From Bacteroidia bacterium (GTDB taxonomy: Bacteria; Bacteroidota; Bacteroidia; M30B66), in contig OZ257142.1 in assembly GCA_965279035.1 (NCBI GenBank), forward strand, positions 3,712,001-3,776,000: a stretch of 64,000 nt of DNA. Reading direction: 5' to 3'. The notes under the pieces were generated by a model, which was not told where the DNA came from, made no database searches, and worked only from the letters and a program-made list of their open reading frames with translations. Below are positions 1-8,656 of this stretch, one piece after another. The stretch's first letter is position 1. Every line of letters begins with the position of its first letter. Made by a program: the position numbers and the translations under genes.

Positions 1-936
1 AGCACAAGTTCACTCGGGACATTTATATTTACTTTCACACCAGATCAAGATCAGTGTGGAACAATAGAAACACTTCAAGTTGTTGTTACAACTCCTTTTG
101 GTGCAACTTTTTCATTTCCTACAACTTTTTGTGAGAATGATCCTTCTTTTATACTTCCTTTAATTTCTGACAATGGATTATCCGGAACTTGGGCAACTAG
201 TTCCATTAATACATCACTAATTGGTGTTACTCCTTATAAATTTATTCCCAATCCAAGTAGTTGTGGATTTGCTGTTATAGTTGATGTAACCGTAAATCCA
301 ATTTCAACTCCAACATTTTCATTTAACACAAGCATTTGTACAGGATCAAGTCCCGATGCACTTCCTTTAGTTTCTGATGAAGGAATACCGGGAACATGGT
401 TACCAGCAACTATTAACAATACAACAAGCGGCAATTATACTTTTACTCCTGATGTCGGTCAATGTGCTGCACCTGTTGATGTTTTTGTTACTGTTGGTTC
501 CGCTATTTTACCAACATTTAATGCTATCCCAGCATTCTGTTCGGGAACAATAGCACCAACTCTTCCAGCTATTTCTACCAATGGAATCACAGGAACTTGG
601 ATTCCTTCAACAATTAGTAATACTTCATCTGGCACTTATACTTTCACACCCGATGCAGGTCAGTGTGCAACAGGTGCAAGTTTAAGTGTGAGTGTTACAG
701 CATTAACAACGCCTATATTTTCAGCCATTCCAGCATTTTGTTCAGGTGCAACAGCACCATTGCTTCCAGCTACTTCTACCAATGGAATAACAGGAACTTG
801 GTTACCAGCAACGATTAATAATACAACTAGTGGGACATACACATTTACTCCGAATTCGGGACAATGTGCCTCAACAACAACCTTAACAAGCACATTAAAC
901 CCATTGCCAACAACTACACCTATTTACCACGATTAA
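1..936 (+). CDS. 5'-truncated Ig-like repeat surface protein (~67-aa Cys-pair repeats) ending in PTTTPIYHD; no T9SS CTD
   Basis: Frame 1 is open from base 1 (STSSLGTFIFTFTPDQDQCG...) to TAA at 934-936. Repeats follow PTF-x6-C...LP...NGITGTW...YTFTP-x2-GQCA. The ORF track shows only 688-936. Confidence 0.85.
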   Translation, partial: STSSLGTFIFTFTPDQDQCGTIETLQVVVTTPFGATFSFPTTFCENDPSFILPLISDNGLSGTWATSSINTSLIGVTPYKFIPNPSSCGFAVIVDVTVNPISTPTFSFNTSICTGSSPDALPLVSDEGIPGTWLPATINNTTSGNYTFTPDVGQCAAPVDVFVTVGSAILPTFNAIPAFCSGTIAPTLPAISTNGITGTWIPSTISNTSSGTYTFTPDAGQCATGASLSVSVTALTTPIFSAIPAFCSGATAPLLPATSTNGITGTWLPATINNTTSGTYTFTPNSGQCASTTTLTSTLNPLPTTTPIYHD

Positions 937-946
937 CAACCAAACT

Positions 947-3310
947 ATGAGAAAAATTCGACTCTTGTTGCTAATGATCTTCGGGCTTCTTGCCGGGCAG
1001 AAGATGATAGCACAAACCGATGCAACAGACCCTCAGGTCATATGTATCGGAGAAACCCGTCCCTATCGGGTTGACTATCTCGAAAATGCTGGAGCAGGAA
1101 CAACAGGTTCAACCTATACCTGGGCAGTTCTAACACCTGGCTTTTTGGGAACCATTGCAACCAACCAAGGTCCGGGAGCAAGCAGCAATGCTATCTCCAT
1201 AAACTGGGGCGCAACACCCGCGGGATTGTATGTCTTGCAAGTGATTGAGACCAATGGTGGTTGTCCGGGTACTCCCATGACATTGAATATTCAACTCACA
1301 CCTTTAATTACTCCAACATTCAATGCCATTGGACCATTGTGTCAGAATTCAGTGGCTCCAACATTGCCAACTAGTTCGACCAATATTCCTGCAATTACAG
1401 GAACATGGGATGCGGCTATAAATACTTCCAGTGTTGGAACTGTAGTTTATACATTTACCCCAGATCCTGGACAATGTGCTACTACCACTACATTATCTGT
1501 TACGATAACTAATCAGATTACACCAACATTTACTCAGATTGGACCATTGTGTCAGAATTCAGTAGCACCAGTATTACCAACCAGTTCGACCAATATTCCA
1601 GCCATCACTGGAACTTGGGATGCTGCAATTAGCACAGCATCGGCAGGTACTACGGTATATACTTTCACGCCAGCGAGTGGACAATGTGCAGGAACAGCCA
1701 CTATGAGTATTGATGTTAACCCGCAGGTAACACCAACATTTACTCAAATTGGGCCACTGTGTCAGAATTCGGTAGCTCCAGTATTACCAACTAGTTCGAA
1801 TAATATTCCGGCGATAACAGGAACTTGGAATGCTGCGATAAGCACAACTTCTGCAGGAACGGTTGTTTACACATTCACACCAACCGCAGGACAATGTGCT
1901 ACTACTACCACAATGAGTGTTACTGTTGATCCTCAAGTAACACCAACGTTTACTCAGCTTGGACCACTTTGCCAAAATTCAGTTGCACCTGTATTGCCAA
2001 CAAGTTCGACCAATATTCCAGCAATAACGGGAACTTGGGATGCCGTATTAAGTACTGCTTCGGCAGGAACAGTTGTGTATACTTTCACTCCAACAGCTGG
2101 ACAATGTGCCACTACACAAACAATGAGTGTAGTCGTAAACCCTCAAATAACTCCAACATTTACTCAGCTTGGACCATTGTGTCAGAATTCAGTAGCGCCA
2201 GTATTACCAACTAGTTCAACCAATATTCCAGCAATAACGGGTACATGGGATGCCGTATTAAGTACTGCATCAGCTGGAACAGTTGTCTATACATTCACTC
2301 CAACTGCTGGACAATGTGCAATAACTGCTACCATGAGTGTAACAGTTGACCCTTTGATAACACCGACTTTTGCTGCTATTGGACCATTGTGTCAGAATTC
2401 GGTTGCTCCAACATTGCCAACAAGTTCGACCAATGTTCCAGCAATTACTGGTACTTGGAATGCTGTATTAAGCACAGCATCGGCAGGTACTGTTGTTTAT
2501 ACGTTCACACCAGATCCTGGACAATGTGCAACAACTGCAACCTTGAGTGTAGACGTAAATCCTACACCTACAATTACCATCGTAGGCGGACCAACCTGTT
2601 CGGTAGATTTACTCACTTGGTCGGTTGATGTAACTGTATCGGCTGGAACATTGACTAGCACTGCAGGTACAGTAGTAAATACATTAGGAAATGCTTGGAC
2701 AATCAGTGGAATTCCAGCTGCAACAAACATTACATTAAGTTCAACTGCTTTAGGCTGTCCAGGAACCTTGGCTATTACTGCTCCGAATTGCAACTGTCCA
2801 ACCGTTGCTCAACCAGTAGGAACAGGAGCCGCATATTGTATTGGATCTTTACCAGTGCCAGCCATTACAGCAACAGTATTGGCTGGACAAACACTTAATT
2901 GGTATGATGCAGCTACTGGAGGAACACTTGTGGGAACTGGTTCTCCTTTCAACCCAAGCGGTCCAGGAACCTATTATGCTGAAGCAGTTGATAATTCTAC
3001 ATTGTGTGTGAGTCAGCGAACACCTGTTACGTTAACCGAAAATGCATTGCCTATTGTATCAGCATTCGGTGGAGCTACACTTTGTCAAGGAAGTTCAACA
3101 ACACTTTCGGCAACGGGAGCTGTAAGCTATACATGGAACCCAACTACTGGATTATCACCAATAACTGGAACACCTGTAACTGCAACTCCTCCAGTAGGAA
3201 CAACCGTTTATACTGTTACTGGAACTGATGGAAATAACTGTCAAAACACAGATACAGTTACTGTAATTGTAACTCCAACACCAACAACTTCACCTATTTA
3301 TCACGACTAA
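947..3310 (+). CDS. Secreted Ig/PKD-like repeat protein: signal peptide, N-terminal PKD-like domain, six 70-aa repeats, further Ig-like domains, C-terminal PTTSPIYHD; no T9SS CTD
   Basis: 787 aa; signal peptide followed by Gln (..MIA/QTD); six PTFxxxGPLCQNSVAPxLPTSS repeats; LNWYDAATGG Ig-like motif. Confidence 0.85.
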   Translation: MRKIRLLLLMIFGLLAGQKMIAQTDATDPQVICIGETRPYRVDYLENAGAGTTGSTYTWAVLTPGFLGTIATNQGPGASSNAISINWGATPAGLYVLQVIETNGGCPGTPMTLNIQLTPLITPTFNAIGPLCQNSVAPTLPTSSTNIPAITGTWDAAINTSSVGTVVYTFTPDPGQCATTTTLSVTITNQITPTFTQIGPLCQNSVAPVLPTSSTNIPAITGTWDAAISTASAGTTVYTFTPASGQCAGTATMSIDVNPQVTPTFTQIGPLCQNSVAPVLPTSSNNIPAITGTWNAAISTTSAGTVVYTFTPTAGQCATTTTMSVTVDPQVTPTFTQLGPLCQNSVAPVLPTSSTNIPAITGTWDAVLSTASAGTVVYTFTPTAGQCATTQTMSVVVNPQITPTFTQLGPLCQNSVAPVLPTSSTNIPAITGTWDAVLSTASAGTVVYTFTPTAGQCAITATMSVTVDPLITPTFAAIGPLCQNSVAPTLPTSSTNVPAITGTWNAVLSTASAGTVVYTFTPDPGQCATTATLSVDVNPTPTITIVGGPTCSVDLLTWSVDVTVSAGTLTSTAGTVVNTLGNAWTISGIPAATNITLSSTALGCPGTLAITAPNCNCPTVAQPVGTGAAYCIGSLPVPAITATVLAGQTLNWYDAATGGTLVGTGSPFNPSGPGTYYAEAVDNSTLCVSQRTPVTLTENALPIVSAFGGATLCQGSSTTLSATGAVSYTWNPTTGLSPITGTPVTATPPVGTTVYTVTGTDGNNCQNTDTVTVIVTPTPTTSPIYHD
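1304..2563 (+). repeat. Intragenic tandem repeat, 6 x 210 bp
   Basis: GGACCATTGTGTCAGAATTC-like anchor recurs at 1331, 1541, 1751, 1961, 2171 and 2381. Confidence 0.9.
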
Positions 3311-3327
3311 GCAGTGAATCTGTAGGA

Positions 3328-6129
3328 ATGAAACGTATTCTAACATATCTACTTCTGCTTACTGCAGGAATATTGAGCCTGACTCCTTCATGGGGTCAGG
3401 CCGATACCCTGTGCGTATCCAATCCGGTAGGCACTTATTATGTGCAAGGCTGGGCAGGAAGTACATTCAGTTGGAATACACAAGGCGATGGAGTGATACA
3501 AAGCGGTCAAGGAAATGATACTGTTGTAGTACAATGGAATACACTTTCGGGGACGTTTCAACTTGAAGTAATTGAAACCAGTTTGGAAGGCTGTGTTGGT
3601 CCTCCTCGATTGATGGATATTGTTATTCTCCCTTCATCGACAAGTACCGTAAATGCAGCAATATGTTCAAGTTCTACCTATACTCTACCTGATGGGTCGA
3701 CGGTTTCAAGCACGGGAACTTATCCTGTTACATTAACAGCAAATAATGGTTGTGATTCAATCATTACAACCCATTTAACAGTTCAATCGGTATTAACAAC
3801 TTCGGTGAATGCTTCCATTTGTTTGGGGGATGATTATGTCCTTCCAGATGGAACACATGTTAATACGAATGGCTCCTACCCAGTTACATTGAATAGTTCT
3901 GGTGGTTGCGATTCTATCATTACTACATTTTTGAGTGTAAATCAACCGATAAACACTGCCTTAAATGCAAGCACATGCTTTGGAACTGCCTATACTTTAC
4001 CAGATGGATCTCAAGTGAATTCTGCCGGAGTTTATCCAGTAACTATTCAAGGAAGTACCGGTTGTGACTCAACCATTACTACAACACTATCTATTCATCC
4101 AACGGAACAAACTGTTTTAGATATCAATATTTGTTCGGGGACATCGTATTTATTACCCGACGGACAAATCGTATCAACAACAGGCTCATATAATACAGTT
4201 TTGCAAACCACATTGGGATGCGATTCATTGGTTATAGTTAACCTCAACGTTGCTCCAACTCCAACTGTAAGTATAAGTTCTTCGGCAGGAAATTCCATCT
4301 GTCAAGGATCGTCTATCACCTTAACAGCCAGTGGAGCAAATTCATATACTTGGCTTCCAACTACAGGATTATCAGCTTCGAATGTTGCTGTTGTTGATGC
4401 AGCGCCTGATACAACTACAACCTACACCGTTGTTGGAACTTTAGGAAATTGCTCTTCGGTTGCATCGTTTATGCTAACAGTCAATGCAAGTCCAATTGTA
4501 GCGATAACACCCAATAACCCAACAATTTGCTTAGGAGATTCAGTTAGTTTAACTGCTTCTGGAGCCAATACCTATCAATGGTCTCCAGCAACTTGGTTGA
4601 GTTCTAGCACTGTGGCTTCTGTTATGGCTAGCCCTCCAGTTGGATCAACTCAATTCACAGTTATCGGTTCAAACGGAAATTGTTCTTCAACGCAAACGGT
4701 TACTGTCCTTGTTACTTCTAGCATTCAATTAAGCCTTGTTGCCCAATATCCGGTAATTTGTACTGGCTCTTCTACCTTAATAATAGCCAGTGGAGCGGCA
4801 TCGTATTCTTGGCAAAATGATCCAAGCCTTTCGACACTTTCTGGTGATAGTGTTTATGCTTCACCCGGAATACAAACAAGCTATTTTGTAACTGGCGTAT
4901 TGGGCAATTGTACTGCGATCGATTCAATCTCGATTGATGTTCAAGCTTATCCTGTTATCTCTTTAACTTCAACACCCGATTCCACTTGCGCGGGAACTCC
5001 TATTCTTCTCAGTGCACTAGGTGCTGAATCATATTCTTGGTCTCCATCGAATGGTTTATCACAAACGTTTGGAGATACTGTTATTGCTACTGTATTTGAC
5101 GATTTTACATATTATGTAAATGGAACAACAGGAAACTGCACTACGCTAGATTCCGTTTTAGTAAACATTATCCCATCTCCTCACCTTATTTTACAACCTG
5201 AATCCACTGTACTTTGTGCTGGTGATACTGTTCAACTTTCGGCAAGCGGAGCAGATGCTTATTCTTGGAATCCATCAGATAGTATTGCTTGTCCAACCTG
5301 TCCAACTATTCTGGTTTCACCTTCCTCAACCACCAATTACGAAATTATTGGTACACGAACAGGATGTGCCGATACGAGTTCCGTTTTAGTGCAAGTAATT
5401 GAACGTCCAATTCCTCTCATCACGGGTGATACTGCTATGTGTGCAAATGGTGAGATTACCTTAGAAGCATCAGGAGGTTCAAGCTATTTGTGGAGTACAG
5501 GAGATTCGATTAGTACAATAACGGTTCATCCAGAAATAACTACCGTGTATTCGGTTTTAGTAAACGAAGGTCTTTGTCCCGATTCTGCCGAACACCTCAT
5601 TGTAGTTTTTCCTGCACCTGATGTTCATGCAAGTGAAGACACTACAATACGACAAGGTGGTTCTGCGAATTTAGCTGCTGTAGGTGGCTATCAATATTAT
5701 TGGTCGCCTTCGCTATTTTTAAGTTGCGACAATTGCCCAAATCCAATTGCAAGTCCTGAAGCAACTACAACCTATTGTGTTACCGGTACAAATTTTTATG
5801 GTTGTGAAGCTTCCGATTGTGTGGAAGTGAAAGTGGAAATTATTTGTGACGATTTCTTTATTCCGAATGTGTTTTCACCAACCAAAGGAGGTGATCCTGA
5901 AAATGATTGTTTCCGATTGTATGGAACAAATTGTATTACAGAATTGAAGTTTCGGATTTTTAATCGATGGGGTGAATTAGTATTTGAAACGAACGATAAA
6001 TCCGATTGTTGGGATGGAACCTTTAAAGGTCAAGATCAAAATTCAGGTGTATTTGTATATTACCTTGAAGCCAAGTTGATTAATGATGAAAAAATTGAGA
6101 AGCAGGGTAACATCACCTTGCTCCGTTAA
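3328..6129 (+). CDS. Adhesin-like protein with T9SS type B (gliding-motility-associated, CHU_C) sorting domain
   Basis: Signal peptide; four YxLPDG...GCDS repeats; about seven ASG(A/G)xxYxW Ig-like domains; C-terminus FIPNVFSP...IFNRWGELVF...WDGTFKG...GVFVYY...GNITLLR. Confidence 0.9.
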   Translation: MKRILTYLLLLTAGILSLTPSWGQADTLCVSNPVGTYYVQGWAGSTFSWNTQGDGVIQSGQGNDTVVVQWNTLSGTFQLEVIETSLEGCVGPPRLMDIVILPSSTSTVNAAICSSSTYTLPDGSTVSSTGTYPVTLTANNGCDSIITTHLTVQSVLTTSVNASICLGDDYVLPDGTHVNTNGSYPVTLNSSGGCDSIITTFLSVNQPINTALNASTCFGTAYTLPDGSQVNSAGVYPVTIQGSTGCDSTITTTLSIHPTEQTVLDINICSGTSYLLPDGQIVSTTGSYNTVLQTTLGCDSLVIVNLNVAPTPTVSISSSAGNSICQGSSITLTASGANSYTWLPTTGLSASNVAVVDAAPDTTTTYTVVGTLGNCSSVASFMLTVNASPIVAITPNNPTICLGDSVSLTASGANTYQWSPATWLSSSTVASVMASPPVGSTQFTVIGSNGNCSSTQTVTVLVTSSIQLSLVAQYPVICTGSSTLIIASGAASYSWQNDPSLSTLSGDSVYASPGIQTSYFVTGVLGNCTAIDSISIDVQAYPVISLTSTPDSTCAGTPILLSALGAESYSWSPSNGLSQTFGDTVIATVFDDFTYYVNGTTGNCTTLDSVLVNIIPSPHLILQPESTVLCAGDTVQLSASGADAYSWNPSDSIACPTCPTILVSPSSTTNYEIIGTRTGCADTSSVLVQVIERPIPLITGDTAMCANGEITLEASGGSSYLWSTGDSISTITVHPEITTVYSVLVNEGLCPDSAEHLIVVFPAPDVHASEDTTIRQGGSANLAAVGGYQYYWSPSLFLSCDNCPNPIASPEATTTYCVTGTNFYGCEASDCVEVKVEIICDDFFIPNVFSPTKGGDPENDCFRLYGTNCITELKFRIFNRWGELVFETNDKSDCWDGTFKGQDQNSGVFVYYLEAKLINDEKIEKQGNITLLR

Positions 6130-6140
6130 AATCTGATCGT

Positions 6141-7187
6141 ATGAAGAAACTCTTTTCTACATTATGGATTATCGGATTGATTGGAATCTCCAAACTTTCG
6201 GGGCAGGATATTCACTTTTCTCAATTCACCATGGCGCCTTTAACACAAAACCCGGCTATGGCTGGAGCTTTAAATAATGCCGAAGCGTATTTGAATTATA
6301 AAAGTCAATGGAAAGCTGTAACAAATCCCTATAAAACCTATGCTGTTTCAGCAATGGCTCGTTTGGGTAAACCTAGAAAAGACAAAAGCTTTTGGGCTGT
6401 TGGTTTAAACTTTTTTAATGATCAAAGTGGAGATGGTAAATTAACTCAAACAACCGGAACGTTCACTCTTGCTTATCAAATTCATTTAACACGCTATCAC
6501 AAGCTAGGATTGGGTTTGCAAGCTGGTTTTGGACAAGTTAAAATCAATACGGGAGATTTCCAGTGGGGAAGTCAATATGTTTCGGGAAATGGATTTGATC
6601 CTTCCATGGCAACAGGTGAAAATATTCAAAATCCAACGTTCGGATATTTCGATTTTGGAAGTGGTCTTGTATGGTCGTTCAATAATACGGCAGGTTTAGT
6701 GAAGACAAGTAACAATGTGTTTAATAAAGGATGTTTTGGAATATCTGTTTATCACATCAATCAACCGAACTTTTCTTTCATCAATACAGGTGATAAACTC
6801 CACATGAAATACGTTGCTCACGGACAATATCTATTTAGTGTAAATGGTTCCAAAGTGGCGATAAATCCGGGATTCATGTTTTATAGCCAAGGAACAGCAA
6901 AGGAACTTTTCTTTGGATCCATGGTGCGATACAACATACTTCCTGAATCAAAATACTCTGGTTTTTACAAAGGTGCAGGAGCCTATTTAGGAGCTTATAT
7001 GCGTGCTGGTGATGCGATAGTTATTTCTACAATGCTGGAGCTTTCGCAGTTTGCTGTTGGCTTTAGCTACGATATTAATACATCTTCACTTCGCCCTGCC
7101 AGCAATGGACGTGGAGGATTTGAAATTTCCGTTCGCATGACCGGTCAAGGTCCTTTTGCGAATAAAGTTCGAAGCTTTAGAAGATAA
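6141..7187 (+). CDS. PorP/SprF family T9SS outer-membrane beta-barrel
   Basis: QDIHFSQF...NPAMAG...YKSQW and GFSYDINTSSL...GGFEIS motifs; sits directly after a type B CTD gene, the typical arrangement. Confidence 0.9.
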   Translation: MKKLFSTLWIIGLIGISKLSGQDIHFSQFTMAPLTQNPAMAGALNNAEAYLNYKSQWKAVTNPYKTYAVSAMARLGKPRKDKSFWAVGLNFFNDQSGDGKLTQTTGTFTLAYQIHLTRYHKLGLGLQAGFGQVKINTGDFQWGSQYVSGNGFDPSMATGENIQNPTFGYFDFGSGLVWSFNNTAGLVKTSNNVFNKGCFGISVYHINQPNFSFINTGDKLHMKYVAHGQYLFSVNGSKVAINPGFMFYSQGTAKELFFGSMVRYNILPESKYSGFYKGAGAYLGAYMRAGDAIVISTMLELSQFAVGFSYDINTSSLRPASNGRGGFEISVRMTGQGPFANKVRSFRR

Positions 7188-7225
7188 AAAAACGGACAAG
7201 CTGATTAACAACATTGTCCGTTTTT
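7186..7225. terminator. Bidirectional intrinsic terminator between porP-like gene and tRNA
   Basis: AAAAACGGACAA...TTGTCCGTTTTT inverted repeat between convergent genes. Confidence 0.65.
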
Positions 7226-7226
7226 G

Positions 7227-7299
7227 TGGGCCTGGCAGGAATCGAACCTGCGACCCGCGGATTATGAGTCCGATGCTCTAACCCCTGAGCTACAAGCCC
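7227..7299 (-). tRNA. tRNA with CAT anticodon, most likely tRNA-Ile2 (lysidine); CCA not encoded
   Basis: Reverse complement GGGCTTGTAGCTCAGGGGTTAGAGCATCGGACTCATAATCCGCGGGTCGCAGGTTCGATTCCTGCCAGGCCCA. G1-C72 pair and no GGG/CCC anticodon stem argue against initiator; overall sequence resembles Ile2. Confidence 0.9.
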
Positions 7300-7419
7300 G
7301 TTTTCAGGGAGGGCAAATATAGACTGTCAGCGCTTAATTCCAAAATCAAAGCTCTCAATAATTAAATTAATTCAAAGCCTCTGTTTTAGCCTGTTTGAAG
7401 CAAAAATGCAATTATCAAA

Positions 7420-8526
7420 TCATGGATGAAATGATTCTAAAACAGGTAATTCTTTATTACTGAAATCAAATACCGCCTGATTCTCCCAAGTAGATCCATT
7501 CGTAGCTTGCGGTCCTTGTGTCGAAACCAATTCGCCTCCCCAATACAAAAACCCAATTCCTCGGTTTGTATTTTCTATGATTTGACGAATTCGTAAAACA
7601 AATTGTTTTTGCCCTTCCGTACTAGCTGGAAAATCAGGTAAAATCAATTGATCTTCGCCTCCAACAACATTGTTTGTCCAATCGTTCCAAGTAAGCGTAA
7701 ATGGATAAGCCGTTTCGGCAACTACAATGTCTTTGTGATGTTCTTGAACGAGTGTATTTAACGTTGATTGCAAAGCATCGAGATCTTTTCCATGCCAAAT
7801 GGGATAATAAGAAAGTCCGATAATATCATAATCGACCGAATCGACTTGATTAAAAAACCATTCTGCATTCGTTAATCCAGCAAAATGAATTACAATGCGT
7901 GTTTGGTTTGAATGATCCCGAACGGCATGTGAGCAAGTTGATAATAATTCAATGAATTGATTTTGATGTGAAGAAATATCGCCGACAGGAAGCATCATTC
8001 CGGGATTTATTTCATTCCCTAGTTGAATAAAATCGGGTTGAATTTCTTCGATGATTTTAGAAGTATATTGATATACACTGTCCTTCAAATTTGAATATGA
8101 TAAACTTGACCAAACAGCTGGAATTTGTTGATGTGCAGGATCTGCCCAGGTATCGGAATAATGAACAGTCAACCACACTTTCATTCCTTTTTGATGCACC
8201 TGTTCGGAAAACAATTTCACTTCATTAAAACCAGAATGAACTGTTGAAGGATCTTTCCAAAGTCGAATGCGGATGGTATTTACGCCACGATCTTTTAGAA
8301 TCGAAAGCATATCCTTTTCCAATCCAAGAGATGAAAAAAAGACCGTATTTCCTGCCTCAATTTCGGGTAAAGAGGATATATCAATTCCTCGAATGAAGGT
8401 ATCCGGCTTTTCAATGACAATTGGATTTGAATTCTTGGATGAAATAGCTAGTTGATCTTTCGAACAAGAACCAAACAGGATGAATAAAAAATAAATAATC
8501 AGAAATCCCCTCGATTTTATCATCAA
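7420..8526 (-). CDS. GH53 endo-beta-1,4-galactanase, lipoprotein
   Basis: GIDISS, GVNTIRIRLW, HYSDTWADP, QLGNEIN, GLSYYP, AETAYP and WENQAVFDF motifs; lipobox FGSC. Confidence 0.9.
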   Translation of the reverse strand: MMIKSRGFLIIYFLFILFGSCSKDQLAISSKNSNPIVIEKPDTFIRGIDISSLPEIEAGNTVFFSSLGLEKDMLSILKDRGVNTIRIRLWKDPSTVHSGFNEVKLFSEQVHQKGMKVWLTVHYSDTWADPAHQQIPAVWSSLSYSNLKDSVYQYTSKIIEEIQPDFIQLGNEINPGMMLPVGDISSHQNQFIELLSTCSHAVRDHSNQTRIVIHFAGLTNAEWFFNQVDSVDYDIIGLSYYPIWHGKDLDALQSTLNTLVQEHHKDIVVAETAYPFTLTWNDWTNNVVGGEDQLILPDFPASTEGQKQFVLRIRQIIENTNRGIGFLYWGGELVSTQGPQATNGSTWENQAVFDFSNKELPVLESFHP

Positions 8527-8644
8527 CGCAAGTAACTAGAAAACAGAATTATGAATTCAAAGCTAGGACAATCAAACGGGATTGCAGTATTTAGAAACAA
8601 ATCCAATTAATTCTAGTTCACATCCTTCTAATAAATATTGCTTT

Positions 8645-8652
8645 TACATTTG
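8645..8652 (+). promoter_or_regulatory. Bacteroidota -7 promoter element (TACATTTG), 4 nt before ATG
   Basis: Matches TAnnTTTG; supports a start at 8657 with a near-leaderless transcript. Confidence 0.6.
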
Positions 8653-8656
8653 CACC

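Noticed and set aside
934-947. Genes A, B and C as fragments of one broken giant adhesin (pseudogene or readthrough)
   Set aside because: B and C each have their own ATG and signal peptide, and A and B stop at the same conserved motif, so the splits look functional.
234-2793. Minus-strand ORFs 234-434, 660-893, 1784-1975 and 2497-2793
   Set aside because: They are antisense shadows of the repeat-rich plus-strand genes.
7227-7299. tRNA-Met (initiator or elongator)
   Set aside because: No C1:A72 mismatch or three G-C anticodon-stem pairs, and the sequence resembles Ile2. Elongator Met is not fully excluded without a covariance model.
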